DNA of 37,846 nucleotides from a virus (taxonomy: Duplodnaviria > Caudoviricetes): positions 1-37,846 of IMG/VR virus record IMGVR_UViG_3300016665_000270, one strand, 5' to 3'. Both the position numbers and the translations under genes were made by a program. Below, in pieces: positions 34,885 to 37,846 of the stretch. Position 1 is the first letter of the stretch. The number at the start of each line of letters is the position of its first letter. The notes under the pieces were generated by a model. The model had not been told where the DNA came from and searched no databases. It saw nothing but the letters and a program-made list of their open reading frames with translations.

Positions 34885-37153
34885 TCGCGACCAAGTTGGA
34901 TTGTTATTTCAGGTCAATGCCGACACGATGGATGCCCGTCAGCAGCTTGAGCTGTTCCAGGGCGTTGTCGAGGGTATGGCGCTTGAGGTGCGCGATCAGT
35001 TTCAGCGGATCAACGCATCCCTTGCCGATACCACGCGCGAAACTGGCAAGCTGACTCAGACGCTTGGCGACGCAACCACAAATCAGCTGCGCGGATTCCT
35101 CGGCCAGTTCGGGATGATTGGCGACGTTGCCAGCGATATGATTCCGGCATTGAGCGGAACCACCGCGGCCATTGTCGGAATGACCGGGGCCACCGTTGCG
35201 GCTGGTGCGGCTCTGGCTGGCGCGGCGATGCAGGCGATGGACTACACTGGCCAGATCGACGATTTGGCGCAGGTGACCAACTTGACGACAGAGACAATCC
35301 AGTCTCTTCGTTTGGCGGCGACCTTGTCAGGTCAGTCATTTGAGGATGCTAGTCAATCGGCAATCATTTTCCAGAAGCGCATCGAGGAAGCCAAAGGCGG
35401 CAATGAGGAGCTGATGGCAACCTTCAAGGCGTTGGGAGTTGACCTCAACGGCCCTGTGGACGCCGCCTTCAGGCAGACGCTTGAGCGAATGGGGCAGGTC
35501 ACCGATGGATCAGCAAAAACCGCGGCGACCCTCGATCTTTTCGGCAAATCGGGCGCAAAGCTGCTGCCGGTCATGGATCAGGTTGGCGGATCCTTCGACG
35601 CGCTGACAGCGCGCGCGCGTGAGCTGGGCCTCGTGCTTGACGAGGATGCCATCGCCAAGTCAAACGAGCTGGCCGACCGAATCGACGTTCTCAAGCTGCG
35701 AATGAGCGCGCTTGTTACCGATGTCGGCATCGCGGCAATCAGGACGTTCGACAACTGGTCGACGGCGGTCGGGCGCGTATCAATCACCCTTCGCGAGTTG
35801 TTCACTAATGCCTCGACGATTATCCCGAACCTCAAAAAGCTTTTGGCGGCGGGGCTACTCGCCACCATTCCCGGCGGTGCGCCGGTTGATCTGGCCAAGC
35901 TGTTTGGCGGCGGTGAAACTGGTCAGACAGGCTTTGCCGGGCCGGGAATCGATCAGGCAACAGGACTGCCCGAGCTGCTCTTACCAGGTAAAACCAAGCC
36001 AGCAGCAGGGGGAGGACGGGCAGCAGCTGAAAAGCTCGTCGGCCTTCCCTCCGGCGATGCCGTTGCACGAGCATACGAGGCCTATCGGCGCGCCATCCTG
36101 AACGAGGAGCAGCTTGTCGAGCGTGAGCGCGAACGGCTGCGAATCGCAATGATTGACGGCGAGGAGGAGCGGCTTCGAGATCGATTGATCCAGCAGGATC
36201 GGGCGATTGAAGAGGCACGAGCAGCAGCGGCGGCGGGCTCAACCACTGCACGCGCGGCCGTATTGGCGCAGGTCGTAGCGAACCTCGAAGCGGAGCGGGT
36301 GCTGATCACCGGCAAACTGGACGAGTTTCAAATGGCGCGTGATGCCAAGCTGGAAGCCGATGCGGCCAAAGAGCTTGAGCTATACCGGCAGACGCAGGAG
36401 GCCAAGCTCGATGAGTATTCCGCAATGCTGGATCGTGAAGAGGAGCTGCGGCAGGCGGCGGCAGCTCGACGACAAGCTGCGCTTGAGGCTGACCCGTCGT
36501 CACCGCTGAATATTTTCGGCGAAGCTGGGCAGGCGGCGGCAGACGCTGGCGCGGGGATCTTCGGCCAACTCGGAGCCAGTGCAAGCGAAGCCCTCGGTCA
36601 GGTGTCAGCGCAGATGGGCAGCTTCAAGGATATGATGACCGACGTTTTTGGCGGCATCGCTGGCGGCCTGCAAAGCATGATTCAAGGCTTCATTATGACC
36701 GGTCGCTTGGGTGGAGCCGCATTCAAAGCGATGGCCGCACAGATCGTTTCCGCGCTGACGGCACAAGCGGCAGTCAAAGCGATCTTTGAGCTGGCAGAAG
36801 GGTTCGCCGCGTCAGCGCGGTTTGATTATGCGTCAGCAACGCAGCATTTCACCGCGGCCAAATTCTATGGCGCAGTGGCTGGCGTTGCGGCGGCGGCATC
36901 GGTTGGACTGGCAGCGATCGGACCGGGGGGTGGTGGTGCTGGCGGTCAATTCCTGGCGCAAGATCGAGGGATGGGCGGCGGATCGGCAGCGGTGAGAGAG
37001 CAGGGCGGCGCGCGCAGGAGTAACGAGCCACAAGTGATCATAATCCGGGCCGAGACAGAGCCGGGGGTGATGGTCAGCAAGGTGGTGCAGGATTATCGGC
37101 AGAACGGCGAGATGCGGCAGGCATTGCGCCGCGATCTTCTGGGAGAATTTTGA
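34874..37153 (+). CDS. Tape measure protein
   Basis: 759 aa, Ala/Gly-rich and helical; 'LFGKSGAKLLP' repeat motif; follows the chaperones. Confidence 0.9.
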   Translation: MALDRDQVGLLFQVNADTMDARQQLELFQGVVEGMALEVRDQFQRINASLADTTRETGKLTQTLGDATTNQLRGFLGQFGMIGDVASDMIPALSGTTAAIVGMTGATVAAGAALAGAAMQAMDYTGQIDDLAQVTNLTTETIQSLRLAATLSGQSFEDASQSAIIFQKRIEEAKGGNEELMATFKALGVDLNGPVDAAFRQTLERMGQVTDGSAKTAATLDLFGKSGAKLLPVMDQVGGSFDALTARARELGLVLDEDAIAKSNELADRIDVLKLRMSALVTDVGIAAIRTFDNWSTAVGRVSITLRELFTNASTIIPNLKKLLAAGLLATIPGGAPVDLAKLFGGGETGQTGFAGPGIDQATGLPELLLPGKTKPAAGGGRAAAEKLVGLPSGDAVARAYEAYRRAILNEEQLVERERERLRIAMIDGEEERLRDRLIQQDRAIEEARAAAAAGSTTARAAVLAQVVANLEAERVLITGKLDEFQMARDAKLEADAAKELELYRQTQEAKLDEYSAMLDREEELRQAAAARRQAALEADPSSPLNIFGEAGQAAADAGAGIFGQLGASASEALGQVSAQMGSFKDMMTDVFGGIAGGLQSMIQGFIMTGRLGGAAFKAMAAQIVSALTAQAAVKAIFELAEGFAASARFDYASATQHFTAAKFYGAVAGVAAAASVGLAAIGPGGGGAGGQFLAQDRGMGGGSAAVREQGGARRSNEPQVIIIRAETEPGVMVSKVVQDYRQNGEMRQALRRDLLGEF

Positions 37154-37154
37154 T

Positions 37155-37565
37155 ATGGGAAATCAGTTTTATGGGCTTGCAAAGCAGTCTCTTTTGAGTC
37201 AAAACCCGTCAATTGACTTTGATACGGATACAATCAAGGTTGCACTGGTCGGCACTGGCTACACGCCTAACACGGCGACCAATGGCGATCAGTATTACTC
37301 GGTCGTCGGAACCCACGCGATTGCCACGGCAACGCTTGCGTCTAAAACAGTGGTCGGCGGTGTGTTCGATGCGTCTGACGTTACGTTTACCAGCGTCACC
37401 GGCGCAACGGTTGGCAAGCTGGTGTTGTATAAAGACACTGGCACGGCCAGCAATTCGCCCTTGATCTGCTATTTTGACAGCGGGACGGGCATTCCGATCA
37501 CCCCGAACGGCGGGGATATCACCATCAGCTGGGACAACGGCCCGAGCAAGATCTTCAAACTGTAG
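37155..37565 (+). CDS. Conserved small virion/tail protein
   Basis: 'IDFDTDTIKVALV...FDASDVTF...LICY.D...NGGDITI.W'. Confidence 0.7.
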   Translation: MGNQFYGLAKQSLLSQNPSIDFDTDTIKVALVGTGYTPNTATNGDQYYSVVGTHAIATATLASKTVVGGVFDASDVTFTSVTGATVGKLVLYKDTGTASNSPLICYFDSGTGIPITPNGGDITISWDNGPSKIFKL

Positions 37566-37568
37566 CCA

Positions 37569-37846
37569 ATGACAGACCAGACCAGACAGCCATGGAGAGC
37601 ATTTGATCGCGGGTGGTTCGATCGCCATCAGTCACTACTCCTGCGTCTGGTCAACGCCCCGCTGATCGGGCCTCGACTACGGCGACGGCTTAACCTCCGG
37701 CCAGATCAGCGCGTCATAAAGCTTGCGCCAAATGCCGCGCATTACGCTCAGGATGGCGGCCAGTGCGTTGCAGTCGTCTACTCAGGGCCAGTCATAGCGA
37801 TGGCCTGCTACGCTGCAGCCAAGCCGCTCTGGTGGGCAATTCACTA
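37569..37846 (+). CDS. Minor tail protein, 5' part (continues at base 1)
   Basis: MTDQTRQPWRAFDRGWFDRHQ...KPLWWAIH(Y), with no stop before the window end. Confidence 0.8.
   Translation, partial: MTDQTRQPWRAFDRGWFDRHQSLLLRLVNAPLIGPRLRRRLNLRPDQRVIKLAPNAAHYAQDGGQCVAVVYSGPVIAMACYAAAKPLWWAIH

Larger units (their letters stand above)
1..37846. mobile_element. Complete circularly permuted tailed phage genome (siphovirus-like, HK97-type head)
   Basis: Terminase, portal, protease, capsid, neck, tube, tape measure, tail tip and replication genes are all present. The ends join in frame: ...ATT CAC TA|T TGG GAT GAG... Confidence 0.93.

Overview
The window appears to be a complete, circularly permuted 37,846-bp tailed phage genome (siphovirus-like, HK97-fold head). 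The ORF starting at 37569 runs off the right end and continues in frame at base 1, ending at 1471. Modules in order: tail tip and fibre (37155-8332, across the junction); a leftward early operon with an ssDNA-annealing protein and tmk (8325-12108); a divergent promoter region with an HTH gene; a ~600-nt highly base-paired non-coding region (12497-13088); replication initiator with internal iterons plus a loader-like gene; thyA, folA and dcd; a membrane-protein locus with a -1 frameshift signal and clustered CCAC-N2-GTGG palindromes; a putative late regulator; lysis-like membrane genes; terminases; a DNA methyltransferase; a portal fusion; protease; capsid; a methyltransferase/glycosyltransferase fusion; neck; tail tube; chaperones; tape measure. 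I recognised no integrase, CI-type repressor or endolysin. The best candidates for undescribed biology are (1) the large structured ncRNA and (2) the frameshift-extended membrane protein whose gene region is packed with a DNA palindrome, possibly a membrane DNA-tethering system. All assignments come from reading motifs by eye; no searches or folding programs were run.
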